Below, one piece after another: positions 16,841 through 27,425 of a stretch of DNA of 41,673 nt. Both the position numbers and the translations under genes were made by a program. The notes under the pieces were generated by a model. The model saw only the letters and a program-made list of their open reading frames with translations. It had not been told where the DNA came from and did no database searches. How positions within the stretch are numbered: position 1 is the first letter of the stretch; each line of letters opens with the position of its first letter. Origin of the DNA: a virus. The stretch covers positions 1 to 41,673 of the IMG/VR virus record IMGVR_UViG_3300000976_000007; one strand, 5' to 3'.

Positions 16841-17643
16841 AAGCTCTATTTGGAAAAGCATTTAGCTATGACTTTTATGCACTCAGTGCTGATGAAGTTA
16901 GCAATATAGAGCTACCTGCTAGTCCTACGAGTATTTATCTATTTGAAGAAAGGCCAACTGATGACGAGGCTCGTAATAACACATCAGGAACAGCAATACA
17001 GACAGTTAGTGCTTGGACAACTACAGCAGACGGATACGGTAAGAGAATTAGCTTTAGTCGAGTTGACGATCCAGATCCAACAATAAGAAATGAGGGTGGT
17101 TCTTATTACTATAGCAAAAAGATTGGTTATTACGACGACTCTGATAGCCTGGAAAGAGAGTATTGGATTGCTATAAATAGCCCTCTTGAGGTGGGAGACG
17201 TGGCTCAACATGCTCCTATTTTAAGATCAATTCGTCTTTGCCGAGTTTGGGGTCAGGAAAGCAAAGTCAATGTGACTGTTGCTGATTTAGTCCGTCTGGA
17301 GAGCCACCTTACAATTCATTGTGATTATCTTGGGGACTTAACTCAATACATCGACACGGCAGAATATCGAGTAAGAATGAAGCTTGTAGGCTGTAATGTT
17401 AGATGGGGCGATATCGTAGACCCAGAGCAGTTAAACCTATGCATAGCTGAGAGGGCACTCTATGACTTCCTTAGTGGTCAATCACGAGGGGCTGGAGACG
17501 TAGCTGAGAATCTATCTATGAAGCATAAAGAAGAATATAAGGACTGCCTTAAACAGCTCTATATTGAGCTAGACAAAGACAGAGATGGAAAGTCTGAGGG
17601 GAAAAGGAATGCAAGTAATCCAACCCTGGAGTTTTTTAGATGA
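16837..17643 (+). CDS. hypothetical protein, possible head-tail connector or completion protein (268 aa)
   Basis: ATGA overlap with the upstream stop; lies upstream of the major tail gene. Function is guessed from position only. Confidence 0.4.
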   Translation: MKALFGKAFSYDFYALSADEVSNIELPASPTSIYLFEERPTDDEARNNTSGTAIQTVSAWTTTADGYGKRISFSRVDDPDPTIRNEGGSYYYSKKIGYYDDSDSLEREYWIAINSPLEVGDVAQHAPILRSIRLCRVWGQESKVNVTVADLVRLESHLTIHCDYLGDLTQYIDTAEYRVRMKLVGCNVRWGDIVDPEQLNLCIAERALYDFLSGQSRGAGDVAENLSMKHKEEYKDCLKQLYIELDKDRDGKSEGKRNASNPTLEFFR

Positions 17644-18125
17644 CATTCTTTTCTTCACAGATATGTGACGCTTTTCAAAAAACAGTCTTTTCTGATGCTG
17701 ATATTCTAGCAATTACACCAAATATCTATATTGGACGTGATATGGCTGGAGATCAGGTTCACACAAAAGACTTGCGAGATATCGTTCATCATAAGATAAT
17801 CAACTTTGTTCAGGTATTGTGCCAGCGATACCGAGACGATGAAGAGCTTGGCAGATGCGGAGCTTATAAATATAGAGTGCTTATTTCTTACTACCGAGAA
17901 GAATACAAAGACGAAGCAACTCAATCAATAATTCAACATTTTTTTGAACTACTAGATGACAAGATCTATGAACTTATGGGTCGTCACTGGTGTTCTACGG
18001 TTGATTCTTTTAATGGGGAAGTTAACTTTCCTCAGATATTTCGAGCAGGTCAGATTGATTCACGTCCTATTTTAGTAGGGCAATATTCATACTTCGGCGA
18101 CAGAGGAGGAGCTGGAGTTGGTTAA
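17640..18125 (+). CDS. hypothetical protein, possible tail completion protein (161 aa)
   Basis: ATGA overlap with the upstream stop; lies directly upstream of the major tail protein. Confidence 0.4.
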   Translation: MTFFSSQICDAFQKTVFSDADILAITPNIYIGRDMAGDQVHTKDLRDIVHHKIINFVQVLCQRYRDDEELGRCGAYKYRVLISYYREEYKDEATQSIIQHFFELLDDKIYELMGRHWCSTVDSFNGEVNFPQIFRAGQIDSRPILVGQYSYFGDRGGAGVG

Positions 18126-18142
18126 ATCAATAGGAGACTCTT

Positions 18143-19303
18143 ATGGCAGGTCAAGGACTTGGAAACGCATTAGATGGTGCTTCGAGTAATGCAGGTTATG
18201 TAAATAGCTCGTGTGCCGCACCAACCCCAGATATATTCGGAACAGCTTTGGATATGTCTACTTTCGATGACGCTAAAATCTGTGCTCAGATAACAGACAA
18301 CCTTTCAGCTTCTGAATTAGAAGAGGATGTGGTTGGTTGTGGAGCATCAGCAGGATTTTCTAGCTCTTGTCGATTAGGACAGAGAGAATATCGTGTAGGA
18401 CTAGCAGGTGACTTAGGATATGAAAATGGATTTGATAGAATCCTTGCTCAATTCTTTGGTCAAGTATCAGCACCCGCTGAGCAGAATGCTGGAGAAAACG
18501 ACTGTCTTCATACTTTCACATTCGCCCAGATAGCAAATGAGCATTTTGGAACATTCGCTTATGAGACATCAAGAACAGATGTAATTGAGCTACCAAGTGT
18601 TTATACTGAGGGCATCAGCATAAACATGAGTTCTATTAATAATTATGTTCGTTGGGGAGCTAATCTAGTTTCTAATGATTTTAACTGCGTAACAGTTGCA
18701 AGAGCTACTGCAAACACTGACTTGACTGCGGATGTAGTTAATCAGAATGCACAGCTTCAAGCCTTAACTGTTGGTGACAGAGAGCTTGTATTCCCAGAGT
18801 GTAATCACACACTAAGATTAAAAGAGATTTTAGATGATGGAACTGACACAGCATTAGTTGCTGCCGATCAGTTTAACATCACATCTTTTGAGTTAGAAAT
18901 GAATACTCCACTAGAGACAATCGATGAGATGACTGGTGGTGTATGTAATGGTGCAACTCAATCAGATAGAAGAAATGGAACTCTTACTCTTGGAGTAAAG
19001 GAACATTCTGATAATGGACTAACTTATTGTGCTTGGAGAAATGGCACTACCTTTATGGCCGAACTTGAATGGACAGGTAAGCAGATTGGAACAGGAGCAC
19101 TTAAAACTTTTAGAATTAAACTCCCTAAACTTTGTCTTGCAGGATCTCCTGGATACAACATTACAAACGCTGGGAAAAACCCTTTTAACTTAGTTTTTAG
19201 AATCCTAGAAAGTGAGAATATCCTTCCACTAACAGGACAAACTACACAAGCACCAGAGATAGACATTATCAATGGTAGAAAAATAGATTACTTACAGACT
19301 TAA
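18143..19303 (+). CDS. major tail protein candidate (386 aa)
   Basis: AGGAG SD. It is the single large gene immediately before the chaperone pair and tape measure, which is the siphovirus gene order. Confidence 0.6.
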   Translation: MAGQGLGNALDGASSNAGYVNSSCAAPTPDIFGTALDMSTFDDAKICAQITDNLSASELEEDVVGCGASAGFSSSCRLGQREYRVGLAGDLGYENGFDRILAQFFGQVSAPAEQNAGENDCLHTFTFAQIANEHFGTFAYETSRTDVIELPSVYTEGISINMSSINNYVRWGANLVSNDFNCVTVARATANTDLTADVVNQNAQLQALTVGDRELVFPECNHTLRLKEILDDGTDTALVAADQFNITSFELEMNTPLETIDEMTGGVCNGATQSDRRNGTLTLGVKEHSDNGLTYCAWRNGTTFMAELEWTGKQIGTGALKTFRIKLPKLCLAGSPGYNITNAGKNPFNLVFRILESENILPLTGQTTQAPEIDIINGRKIDYLQT

Positions 19304-19354
19304 TTTAATCATTAAGTTGTGGTGCGGATGAGGTGGATTTTATAAACCGTTAAT

Positions 19355-19699
19355 ATGGAGAACGGAACTATGTCGCTAAACTTTGGAAACGAAGAAATAA
19401 TACTTTATGTCAAACCTGAGGACAAGACAGGGGAGATTATAGCTAAAGAGCCTGATTATAATTTTCAGATTGAAATTCTGAAAGTTAGTGAGGACGAAAT
19501 AATGCAAGAGAAGATTGTTACTTTCTTGGAAAACCACCTACTTGCAGTAAGGGGTGATTGGACAATGAAAGGAGAAAAGCCAGACTTAAAGAACTTAAAA
19601 GAGTGGCCGATCAGCATTGTTAATAGCTTAGTAACTCAATACACAGAGGCTTTTAAAAAACTTTCGGGTGTTGAAGAGGATAAAGTTAAAAAAAAGTAA
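19355..19699 (+). CDS. tail assembly chaperone (G-like, 114 aa)
   Basis: Lies directly upstream of the tape measure, is acidic, and ends in the slippery A_AAA_AAG. An alternative start at ATG 19370 has better GGAG spacing. Confidence 0.7.
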   Translation: MENGTMSLNFGNEEIILYVKPEDKTGEIIAKEPDYNFQIEILKVSEDEIMQEKIVTFLENHLLAVRGDWTMKGEKPDLKNLKEWPISIVNSLVTQYTEAFKKLSGVEEDKVKKK

Positions 19700-20103
19700 T
19701 TGAGCTTTGTGTTACCCGTTATAGGTGGCTTACTATCATAAATCCAAAACTTGAGTGTTCTTTATGCACTCGAGCCTTTTTGGATCATGGAGTTAAGCCA
19801 CTCTGTAAAACAAAAGATGGTTGTGAGATAGAAGAAAGTGCTACCTCATTAACTGTTAAAAGATTGATCGATGGGTTTATCGCTTACAAGCGATTAAATA
19901 ACGTCAAAGCTCCTGAGTTTCTTCAAATGGAGTGTCTAAAGAAATACGGCATCATGGATATTGGCTTTAAGCTTATCGCAGAGCTTGAAAGTGTTCATTC
20001 TGAATTTATGCAACATGTCAAAGAGGAAGCTGACAAAAAGCAAAAACTAAAGAATGAAACAAACAGCTTAAAGCAGAGACTAAAAAATAGTGGAATGAGG
20101 TAG
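19355..20103 (+). CDS. tail assembly chaperone frameshift product (G-T-like fusion, about 249 aa) made by -1 slippage at 19690-19696
   Basis: I read the -1 frame codon by codon: it is open from 19690 through 20103, and the downstream ORF has only a TTG start and no SD of its own. Confidence 0.65.
19690..19696 (+). promoter_or_regulatory. -1 programmed ribosomal frameshift heptamer A_AAA_AAG
   Basis: Zero-frame codons AAA (19691) and AAG (19694) preceded by A (19690). This is the same heptamer as the E. coli dnaX site. Confidence 0.65.
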
Positions 20104-20104
20104 T

Positions 20105-23100
20105 ATGCCTGATAGAGAAATTTTTGACATTGTTGTTAGAACTAATACTCAGGAAGCAGAGAATGCACTGAGATCTCTTAGAACTGCCTTTGAAGAACTG
20201 AGAACAACGGCTCGCCGATCTGGTAACGATATAGAGCGAAGCTTTACAGAATCTTTAGTTAGAACAGCTAGAGCATCTAGCCGACGTTTCTCCACAGAAA
20301 TAAACAGAAGTTTTAGAACCGTTGGAACAAGTTCATCACAGAGCTTTGTTAGAGAGTTTCAAAAAACAGCAACTTCGGGTGTTCAAGATGCCAGTAAAGT
20401 TATTTCTAGTCGATTAGGTCAATCGCTGAGACAGGATATTACTCCACAGCTCGACGAAGTTAGAAATAAAATCCAAGATGCCCTTGGTGGATCTGGTGGT
20501 GGCGGAGCTGGAGGTGGTGGAACTAGTCCATTTTCTAGGCTATCAGCATCGATAATTACTCTTAATCAAGGATTAGAATTAACGCAAAGACTTATTGGCG
20601 GAGCAACAAGAGTAGCTAGAGGCTTTGTTGATGCACTACAAGAAGCCGCTCGAGTTGAGGGTCTTGAAAGATCATTTTCTACTCTTCAGGAGAGCATTGG
20701 TGCAGATGCTACAGCATCAATCAATGGACTTAGAGAAGCTACAAGAGGCTTAGTATCTGACTTAGATTTATTCCAAAGCGCAAACCAAGCTGTATTACTT
20801 GGAGTAGATGATGGCTCTGGAGCATTTCAGCAGTTAACAGCAGATGCTATTAAACTTGGTCAAGCAATGGGAGTCACAGCCAAGGACGCTGTTGATTCAC
20901 TAGTAATTGGTATTGGTCGTCAATCGCGACTGGTTTTAGATAACCTTGGTGTTGTCGTAAAGGCAGAAGAGGCTTATAAGGCTTTTGCAGATCAGCTAGG
21001 AGTAACAGTCGATCAATTAAACGATGCTGGAAAACGAGCCGCTTTTACTGAAGCCGCTTTTGAAGCCGTAAGACAAAAAGCCGCTGAATTAGCAGATGCA
21101 ACAGAGACAGCAGGTATAGCTTCACAGAGGATAATAGCAACATTTAGCAATCTACGTTCAGAGCTATTACAAAACTTATCTGCAAATGAGAATTTAACAA
21201 ACGCCCTTAGACAGTTTAATGATGTTTTAATTAATATTGATTTAGATGCATTCGCTAATGACTTAGCCGAGGTAGCAGGTGCAATAATTAACTTTGCTTC
21301 TATCGTGATAGAACAGGGTGTTTTTGCAATTAGAGAGATTACAGAAAACCTTAGAATCTTTACAAACTTTGCAGGTCAAATAAGCAATGCATTCTCGCAA
21401 ATAGACTTCTCTACTGGCTTTCGAGCAACAAGGTCATTTATAGGGGCATTAAGAGAGGTTAGTTTAGAAACTGCAATCCTAGAGGAAGCAAGTAAAAGAC
21501 AAACTAATATAGTTGCTCAGATGGCTAAGGCTACTGATGAAGCTAGAAAAACATTTACTGGAAAGGGTAGAGCTGTAAAGACAGTCTCCGATGCTTTAAC
21601 AGAATATACTGGAAATTCAGACAAAGCGACTGCAAGCACTACAAAGTTAACAGATGAGCAGAAAAAGCAAATACAAGAAACTAGAAGACTTGATGGTGCT
21701 TTTGAAAAATTAAGAGACACTGTTACATCGATAACACCTGAGTTTATAACATTAAGAGATACTGCCGTTGATTTATATGAAGAGGTCAAGCAAGGAACTT
21801 TAGATTTTGATGACTTTAGAACAGCTCTTGAGGAGATGGCTAGGGCTTCAGGGTTAACTAAGAGAGACTTAGCAAACTTACTCCCTGAGATAGTTAAGGT
21901 AGGTGAAGAATCAAACAAGGCGGAAGAGGAAGTTCAAAAATTAAAAGATGCGTTACAAGAAGATATTGATGGAAGTCTCTTTGGTGGGCTACTTGATGAT
22001 CTAACAAGTGGAGGATTTGCTGATCTGCTTGGTGGCTTAAGTGAGGGTGCTCAGGGTGCTATTCTTGGGGGACTTTCTGGTATTACCGATTCACTCGCAG
22101 GGGCACTTGGAGGCATACTTGAAGGTTCGTTTAATAGCGACTCAGCAGAAGAGCTAGGGAGAGGTATTGGTGGCTCAATTGGGAGAGCGGCAGGAGATGC
22201 TATTTTACCTGGGCTTGGGCAGTTTACGGAGCTTATTGGTGCTGAGATTGGAGAGGATATTGCTGAAATTGGGCAAAGCACCAGAGATACCCTTCAAGGC
22301 GTTGGGGCTATACTGGGTGGGTTGCCTGGATTAGTTTTAGGTGATGCTATTGGAAACTTATTTAATGATGACCCAGAACCATTTAGAGAGGCTAGGGATA
22401 ACTTTGTTGGGGCATTAAATAATGCTTTTACTGAAGCTGGCATAGAAGAAAATGATTTTGATTTTGGAGTAAATGGATTCTTTCAGATAGATGAAGATGC
22501 TTTTAATGAAATTAGAATCTCAGCAGAGGAAGCTAGGGAAGTTTTTGGTGAAGCCTTTGGAAGTAACACTTCAGTTATTGGAGATGAGTTATTTACTAAT
22601 CAGGCATCAATAGACGCATCAGGCATTGCTCCAGATTTAAGAGCACAATTTGAAGGGATAGCAACTGCATTTAGAGAGTCATTTGATTTAAGCCCAGAGC
22701 TAGAAGGATTAGCAAGTCAGCTTGGAACAGTCTTTGCATTAAATTTACAAGATGCATCAGGCTTGAATGAATTTCAGTTAGCACTACAAAGAGCTGATGT
22801 TAACGTTGAAGATCTTGGTGTCGCACTAGAAGAGGCTTTTCTTGCTGGTGATATTTCAGCAGGTGAATTTCTTAATTCACTCTCAGCAGTTGAAGACTTA
22901 GCCGCCGTTGGAATCCCAGGAGCTTTCGGTGCTGTTGATTTAGCATTTCAAAACTTCTTAGATGGAGCAACGGTTTCTGGAGATAGGGCAGTCGATGCAC
23001 TACAAGATATCGCCGCCGAAGCTGAAGATCTAGGTGCTGAAACTTTTGAAGACTTAAGGAGGGTCTTAGAAGAAAGAGGCTTTGATACTCAGCAGATAGA

Positions 23101-23401
23101 ACAATTCTTTAATACACTTCAAGAAAGAGGGATTCAAACATTAGAGCAACTAGAGAATGTTTCCGCTTTTGATGCCGCTGGAATTGTTAGCTCACTAGAG
23201 CAAACAGGCTTCGCTTTCACTGAAGTTAGTGATGATATCGAGGGTGCGATAGAAAGAATAGAAGACTTTAGAAATAATGCTGAGACAGAGATAGTCACTA
23301 GATGGAGAATTGAAACAACAGTTACTGGAGACCAAATTCCATCAGAAGTTGCAACTGCTACAGGAGTTGATGATGCAAACTTTGAGGGGATTGCTCAGTA
23401 A
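20105..23401 (+). CDS. tail tape measure protein (1098 aa)
   Basis: Longest gene in the window, follows the chaperone pair, is Ala/Leu/Gly/Glu-rich and helical, and has Gly-rich hinges (GGSGGGGAGGGG). Confidence 0.85.
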   Translation: MPDREIFDIVVRTNTQEAENALRSLRTAFEELRTTARRSGNDIERSFTESLVRTARASSRRFSTEINRSFRTVGTSSSQSFVREFQKTATSGVQDASKVISSRLGQSLRQDITPQLDEVRNKIQDALGGSGGGGAGGGGTSPFSRLSASIITLNQGLELTQRLIGGATRVARGFVDALQEAARVEGLERSFSTLQESIGADATASINGLREATRGLVSDLDLFQSANQAVLLGVDDGSGAFQQLTADAIKLGQAMGVTAKDAVDSLVIGIGRQSRLVLDNLGVVVKAEEAYKAFADQLGVTVDQLNDAGKRAAFTEAAFEAVRQKAAELADATETAGIASQRIIATFSNLRSELLQNLSANENLTNALRQFNDVLINIDLDAFANDLAEVAGAIINFASIVIEQGVFAIREITENLRIFTNFAGQISNAFSQIDFSTGFRATRSFIGALREVSLETAILEEASKRQTNIVAQMAKATDEARKTFTGKGRAVKTVSDALTEYTGNSDKATASTTKLTDEQKKQIQETRRLDGAFEKLRDTVTSITPEFITLRDTAVDLYEEVKQGTLDFDDFRTALEEMARASGLTKRDLANLLPEIVKVGEESNKAEEEVQKLKDALQEDIDGSLFGGLLDDLTSGGFADLLGGLSEGAQGAILGGLSGITDSLAGALGGILEGSFNSDSAEELGRGIGGSIGRAAGDAILPGLGQFTELIGAEIGEDIAEIGQSTRDTLQGVGAILGGLPGLVLGDAIGNLFNDDPEPFREARDNFVGALNNAFTEAGIEENDFDFGVNGFFQIDEDAFNEIRISAEEAREVFGEAFGSNTSVIGDELFTNQASIDASGIAPDLRAQFEGIATAFRESFDLSPELEGLASQLGTVFALNLQDASGLNEFQLALQRADVNVEDLGVALEEAFLAGDISAGEFLNSLSAVEDLAAVGIPGAFGAVDLAFQNFLDGATVSGDRAVDALQDIAAEAEDLGAETFEDLRRVLEERGFDTQQIEQFFNTLQERGIQTLEQLENVSAFDAAGIVSSLEQTGFAFTEVSDDIEGAIERIEDFRNNAETEIVTRWRIETTVTGDQIPSEVATATGVDDANFEGIAQ

Positions 23402-24222
23402 TGGCTTTAACAGGAATACCTCCATATGAAAGAAGATGCACCTACTTTGCTTTTCCGCACAATGGTTGCTTTCATGAAGCAAGTGATGATGGCTGTTCTT
23501 TATTACATTCTGTTTGTGGTATTAATACGGGATACAGACATCATAACTTTTTTACTGAATCTACTGGAGTAATGAGCTGGGAAGTCACATACGACTTCTT
23601 TAGTGATCCAATTGCTCCTAATTTTTTATATATAAGTCGAGTTGATCTAGAGGAAGCATTTCTTACTGGGTTATTAACTATCCGATTTAGAGGTAGTAAT
23701 GATGATGTTAACTACGTGGATATTCAAAACTTTACAGCACCATTTAATTTATCTGGTAGTCAAGAAAATGACTTTTTTGAGTGTTTTGATCCAGGGGTAG
23801 AGTATCGATATATTCGTATTCGTTTTAACTTTTCAGCTCAAACAAGAGTTTCTTTTAGCAAAATATACTTTGGAGAGCTTTTTGATATGGAGCAAGAACC
23901 ATCAGTTAGCTTAGTAGAAACAAGAGAGCAAACAGAAAGAGGGGTTTTCCAGTCAACTAGTAATATAAAGATTTACAGAAGAAACGGCAGACCAGTCTAT
24001 ACATACAGATTTGAATATAAAGGATTGTCTGATAACAAAGCTAAGCAGTTCCTAGATAAAATGATTATCTTAAATAATAGGTTTACCGTTTTGGCAGACT
24101 TAGATAACAGAGAATTATTTAATAAACATGGCGTTATTAACGGCGTTATCTCTGGAGTAGAGGTTGAGAACACGGCTAAAGATTTTAATAATCTAAGTTT
24201 TAACTTTGTGGAGATGCTATGA
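23401..24222 (+). CDS. minor tail / distal tail protein candidate (273 aa)
   Basis: TAATG overlap with the tape measure stop. Function is inferred from position only. Confidence 0.45.
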   Translation: MALTGIPPYERRCTYFAFPHNGCFHEASDDGCSLLHSVCGINTGYRHHNFFTESTGVMSWEVTYDFFSDPIAPNFLYISRVDLEEAFLTGLLTIRFRGSNDDVNYVDIQNFTAPFNLSGSQENDFFECFDPGVEYRYIRIRFNFSAQTRVSFSKIYFGELFDMEQEPSVSLVETREQTERGVFQSTSNIKIYRRNGRPVYTYRFEYKGLSDNKAKQFLDKMIILNNRFTVLADLDNRELFNKHGVINGVISGVEVENTAKDFNNLSFNFVEML

Positions 24223-24998
24223 GTGGTGTCTCAAAAGAAAATTGCGAATCTGGATTTGCTTTTTTACTTGGTGAGTATAATTGGTGTTCACCGACAGGGA
24301 TGCCATCAATAGAAAACTGTGCAGGAGGTTGTTGGTTACTAGCCCCAGGAGGAGAAGCATCAACAACTCATAGAATAGACTATGACCTTGGGGCAGACTA
24401 TCAAGACTTAGAAATAGCTGATTCTGTCGCTATTTTTGGCTTAAAAGAAATGCTTAAATTTACTGGTAGCCTTGATGTTACAGTAACAAGCGCAACCGCA
24501 CCATTCTTTGCAGGGATTTCTCAAGAAACATTTAATCTAACTCTAGCTGATTTGATGGGGGTTGATTCCGAGAACTGGATCCAACAATTAGATGACACAA
24601 TTTTTACAAATAAAAGACAATTTTGGCGTATAACTATCACAACTCCAATTGCAACGGCACTGCCAATTAGAAAGGCTATGCTGGGAAAAGCACTTTGTTT
24701 TAGCAGGTCTCCTAAATATCCTGCAACCCTGTCTCTCGTTACAGATAGAATTGAGGCACGCAGAGGTCATTTTATCTTAGATATTCAATATCAGGGAATA
24801 AACGATATAGAAAAAGAGCAAATTGTCTCTAAGCTTCTTAAGTATGCAGACGTTATTGATATTGTTTTCTGGGATAGAGAGCAGACAGTCTTACTTGGTT
24901 ATCAAATGATTAGAGCAGTTCTGAGATCTCATAGTGTTAGCCTGCAAGCAAGTTCCAGCGACTATGAAATTACGCTAGTTTCGGAGGAGGTTCTATGA
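24219..24998 (+). CDS. minor tail protein candidate (259 aa)
   Basis: ATGA overlap with the upstream stop. Loosely similar in organisation to the preceding ORF. Confidence 0.4.
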   Translation: MSGVSKENCESGFAFLLGEYNWCSPTGMPSIENCAGGCWLLAPGGEASTTHRIDYDLGADYQDLEIADSVAIFGLKEMLKFTGSLDVTVTSATAPFFAGISQETFNLTLADLMGVDSENWIQQLDDTIFTNKRQFWRITITTPIATALPIRKAMLGKALCFSRSPKYPATLSLVTDRIEARRGHFILDIQYQGINDIEKEQIVSKLLKYADVIDIVFWDREQTVLLGYQMIRAVLRSHSVSLQASSSDYEITLVSEEVL

Positions 24999-27415
24999 TC
25001 CCATTACTCAATGAATATGTTGGGGTTCAGTTTTCCTTTCATGGTCGATACGATATTTGCGATATACAGGAAGTATTTATTACAAATACTCCTGTTACTA
25101 AAGAAAACACACCAAGATTATTTTTCCCTATCCTTGAGTCTATATCAAACATTGGGGTTGATATGGATCAGTTCTTTCCTAAGTTTAGAAATGGAACTAT
25201 TAGAATAAATGCAGGTCGAGATAGTCTAGCTTTTGAAAAGAGACTAACAGACCTAGCCTCTAGGTTTATGATTGAGGGTGGATGCGTTAAGATATATCAT
25301 TCTACAACTCCAATCAAAGAAGAGACCTTTACAGACAATCGTTGCTTAGTTTTTGAGGGAGAGATTCAGGCAATTAATTATACTTCAAATGGAACTGAAG
25401 CAACTCAAACTGCAAGTATTACAATAAATAAACGACTAGATGATTGGCTTATTAATAAACAGATTACTTCTTTTAATAGTCAGTTAGCACCAAATAGATC
25501 ACTAGGAAAGTGGCTTCCATTGGTTATTGGTCGAGATATTCAAGTAGTGCCGTATTCAATTAGTCCTGATAATACCGCAGGAGCTACGGGCTTTAACTTC
25601 TTATATGGAACTTCCTTTAGATCAACTACCTTTGGAAACGGAAAAGACTTTTTTTATAAAGGAATTCAAAAATACCTAGCTCCAGACTTAGAAACAATCG
25701 AGGGGGATCGAGACAAGGTTTATCGGGAAATTAAGAGTGTTCCAAACTTTGACTTACCAGTATATGAGCAAGTTGGAGGACTGCCACTTCAATTTAGTGT
25801 CAACTTAGATCAGGCTCAAGCATTTCCAATTCCATATACTCCAGGAGTTAGTGACCCTCATATTATAACGTCATTGGTTGTTGTCATTGGTAGCCCTGGA
25901 AATCCTGGCACAGAGATTCCTGATGGGGAAATTAGCATAAGAATCCATGCTCAAAGACCAAACTTACAAAGACCAACAAGCCCTGATGATTTTCTAGCTG
26001 AAGCTGTTATCGATAAATCAACATTAGCAGTTGAGTATGCAAATCAAGTGCCATTTAATGCAGTTGCTACATTTAATAAGCCAGTTCCTATTTGTAGCAC
26101 TGAAAAAGGATATTGGATTTCTATACAGGGATCAAATGAAGATGAGCCTAATTCAACAACGGTTCTTGGTCTTGTTGCATTTAATGCTGGCACACCCGCA
26201 GGTGCAAGAAGTTTTATCACAACAGATGATGCCGATAATAGCGTAAATCAAAATACATGGGCTTCTCACCCAAACCAAGATTTAAGTATGTCATTTCAGT
26301 TACTAGGTATTGAGTTTGAAGACTTCCCCAAGGGTATTGGAATCCCAGATGAGAATGGCATTGAAGTTCCTTTTGTCTTAGTAAAATATCAAGATTATGT
26401 TCAGACCGTTCCTATGGAGCAGTTCGCTAGATTAGATCTAATCTTAGAAGTCGATGGAATTCAAGATGAAGATGGGGCTATTACAGGAACTCCTGTAACC
26501 CTAATAGAACAGCCTCAGCATATAGCAGAGCTATTAATGCACAGATATGACGGTCAGAGCTGGAATCCTGGTCTATTCGATAAAACACTTTTTCAAGCGA
26601 CGCATTCACAGTATAATGATCCAAATAGCGGTTTTTACCGAGTAATCGCTGGTAGAACATATGGGAGAGCTACCAATGTAGCTGTTCTAAGAGAGATTAT
26701 GAGAAATTCATACTCTCAGTTCTTTTATAATGGGTTAAATAGTTCACCAAAATACGGTGTTCTTGCCGTTGGGCAAACAAGAAACCCAACAAGAACTATC
26801 ACTGATGATGACGCCAAATTTCAGAGATGGTTTTCAAATAGACTAAGCACAGTAGTTAATTTCGCTGACTTTAATTTTGATAGACGCCTTGATGGGTTGC
26901 ATTTTCAGAACGAAGCAGACCAAGCCCTAGTTAGAGACTATTCTCAAACGACTAGATATAGCCCATACGATGGGGGAATTGGATCTCAGCTTAGCAGTAT
27001 CAGCAATTTTCATTTTAGAGAAAGAAGAGCCTCAAATGAGAACTTTGATTGGGTCTCAGACCTACAATCAATGAACTCTGTAGCACAGCTTTACTTAAGG
27101 TTGGGAGATCTACCTTACATGCTTGCTCAAGTTCAAGTTCCATATGCTGAGTTTAAAGATTTACAGATGTTTGAAGTTGTAAATTTGATTAGCACAGAGT
27201 TGCCAAGTCTCAGGGGAACAAACCCAAGAGTTTATAAGCACCCTGATTTTTGTGGCATAGCAGGTGAAAATGTAAAGGCTAGAGTTTATCGAGGGGAGTT
27301 ATTTTCGATGGTCTATAGCAAGGGCAGAAGAAGCCCAGCAGTATTGAATTTATTATTTAGGCTATTAATTCAAGAGAATGATCCTCTCTTTAATTATGTG
27401 CCAGAGAGTTTATAG
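24995..27415 (+). CDS. tail tip / baseplate hub-like protein (806 aa)
   Basis: GGAGG SD, ATGA overlap, and a large protein in third position after the tape measure. Confidence 0.5.
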   Translation: MIPLLNEYVGVQFSFHGRYDICDIQEVFITNTPVTKENTPRLFFPILESISNIGVDMDQFFPKFRNGTIRINAGRDSLAFEKRLTDLASRFMIEGGCVKIYHSTTPIKEETFTDNRCLVFEGEIQAINYTSNGTEATQTASITINKRLDDWLINKQITSFNSQLAPNRSLGKWLPLVIGRDIQVVPYSISPDNTAGATGFNFLYGTSFRSTTFGNGKDFFYKGIQKYLAPDLETIEGDRDKVYREIKSVPNFDLPVYEQVGGLPLQFSVNLDQAQAFPIPYTPGVSDPHIITSLVVVIGSPGNPGTEIPDGEISIRIHAQRPNLQRPTSPDDFLAEAVIDKSTLAVEYANQVPFNAVATFNKPVPICSTEKGYWISIQGSNEDEPNSTTVLGLVAFNAGTPAGARSFITTDDADNSVNQNTWASHPNQDLSMSFQLLGIEFEDFPKGIGIPDENGIEVPFVLVKYQDYVQTVPMEQFARLDLILEVDGIQDEDGAITGTPVTLIEQPQHIAELLMHRYDGQSWNPGLFDKTLFQATHSQYNDPNSGFYRVIAGRTYGRATNVAVLREIMRNSYSQFFYNGLNSSPKYGVLAVGQTRNPTRTITDDDAKFQRWFSNRLSTVVNFADFNFDRRLDGLHFQNEADQALVRDYSQTTRYSPYDGGIGSQLSSISNFHFRERRASNENFDWVSDLQSMNSVAQLYLRLGDLPYMLAQVQVPYAEFKDLQMFEVVNLISTELPSLRGTNPRVYKHPDFCGIAGENVKARVYRGELFSMVYSKGRRSPAVLNLLFRLLIQENDPLFNYVPESL

Positions 27416-27425
27416 GGGATGAAGA

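Noticed and set aside
19780-20103. An independent 107-aa gene starting at TTG 19780.
   Set aside because: It has no SD. The -1 frame is open all the way back to the A_AAA_AAG heptamer, so it is better explained as the frameshift extension of the chaperone.
21517-21918. 133-aa minus-strand ORF inside the tape measure gene. Similar antisense ORFs occur at 3254-3481, 3895-4110, 4126-4332, 8475-8759, 12291-12530, 19024-19272, 22051-22281 and 27495-27785.
   Set aside because: They lie entirely antisense to long, well-supported genes. They are Ser/Leu/Pro-rich, as expected for the reverse complement of Glu/Ala/Lys-rich coding sequence, and lack SD sites.
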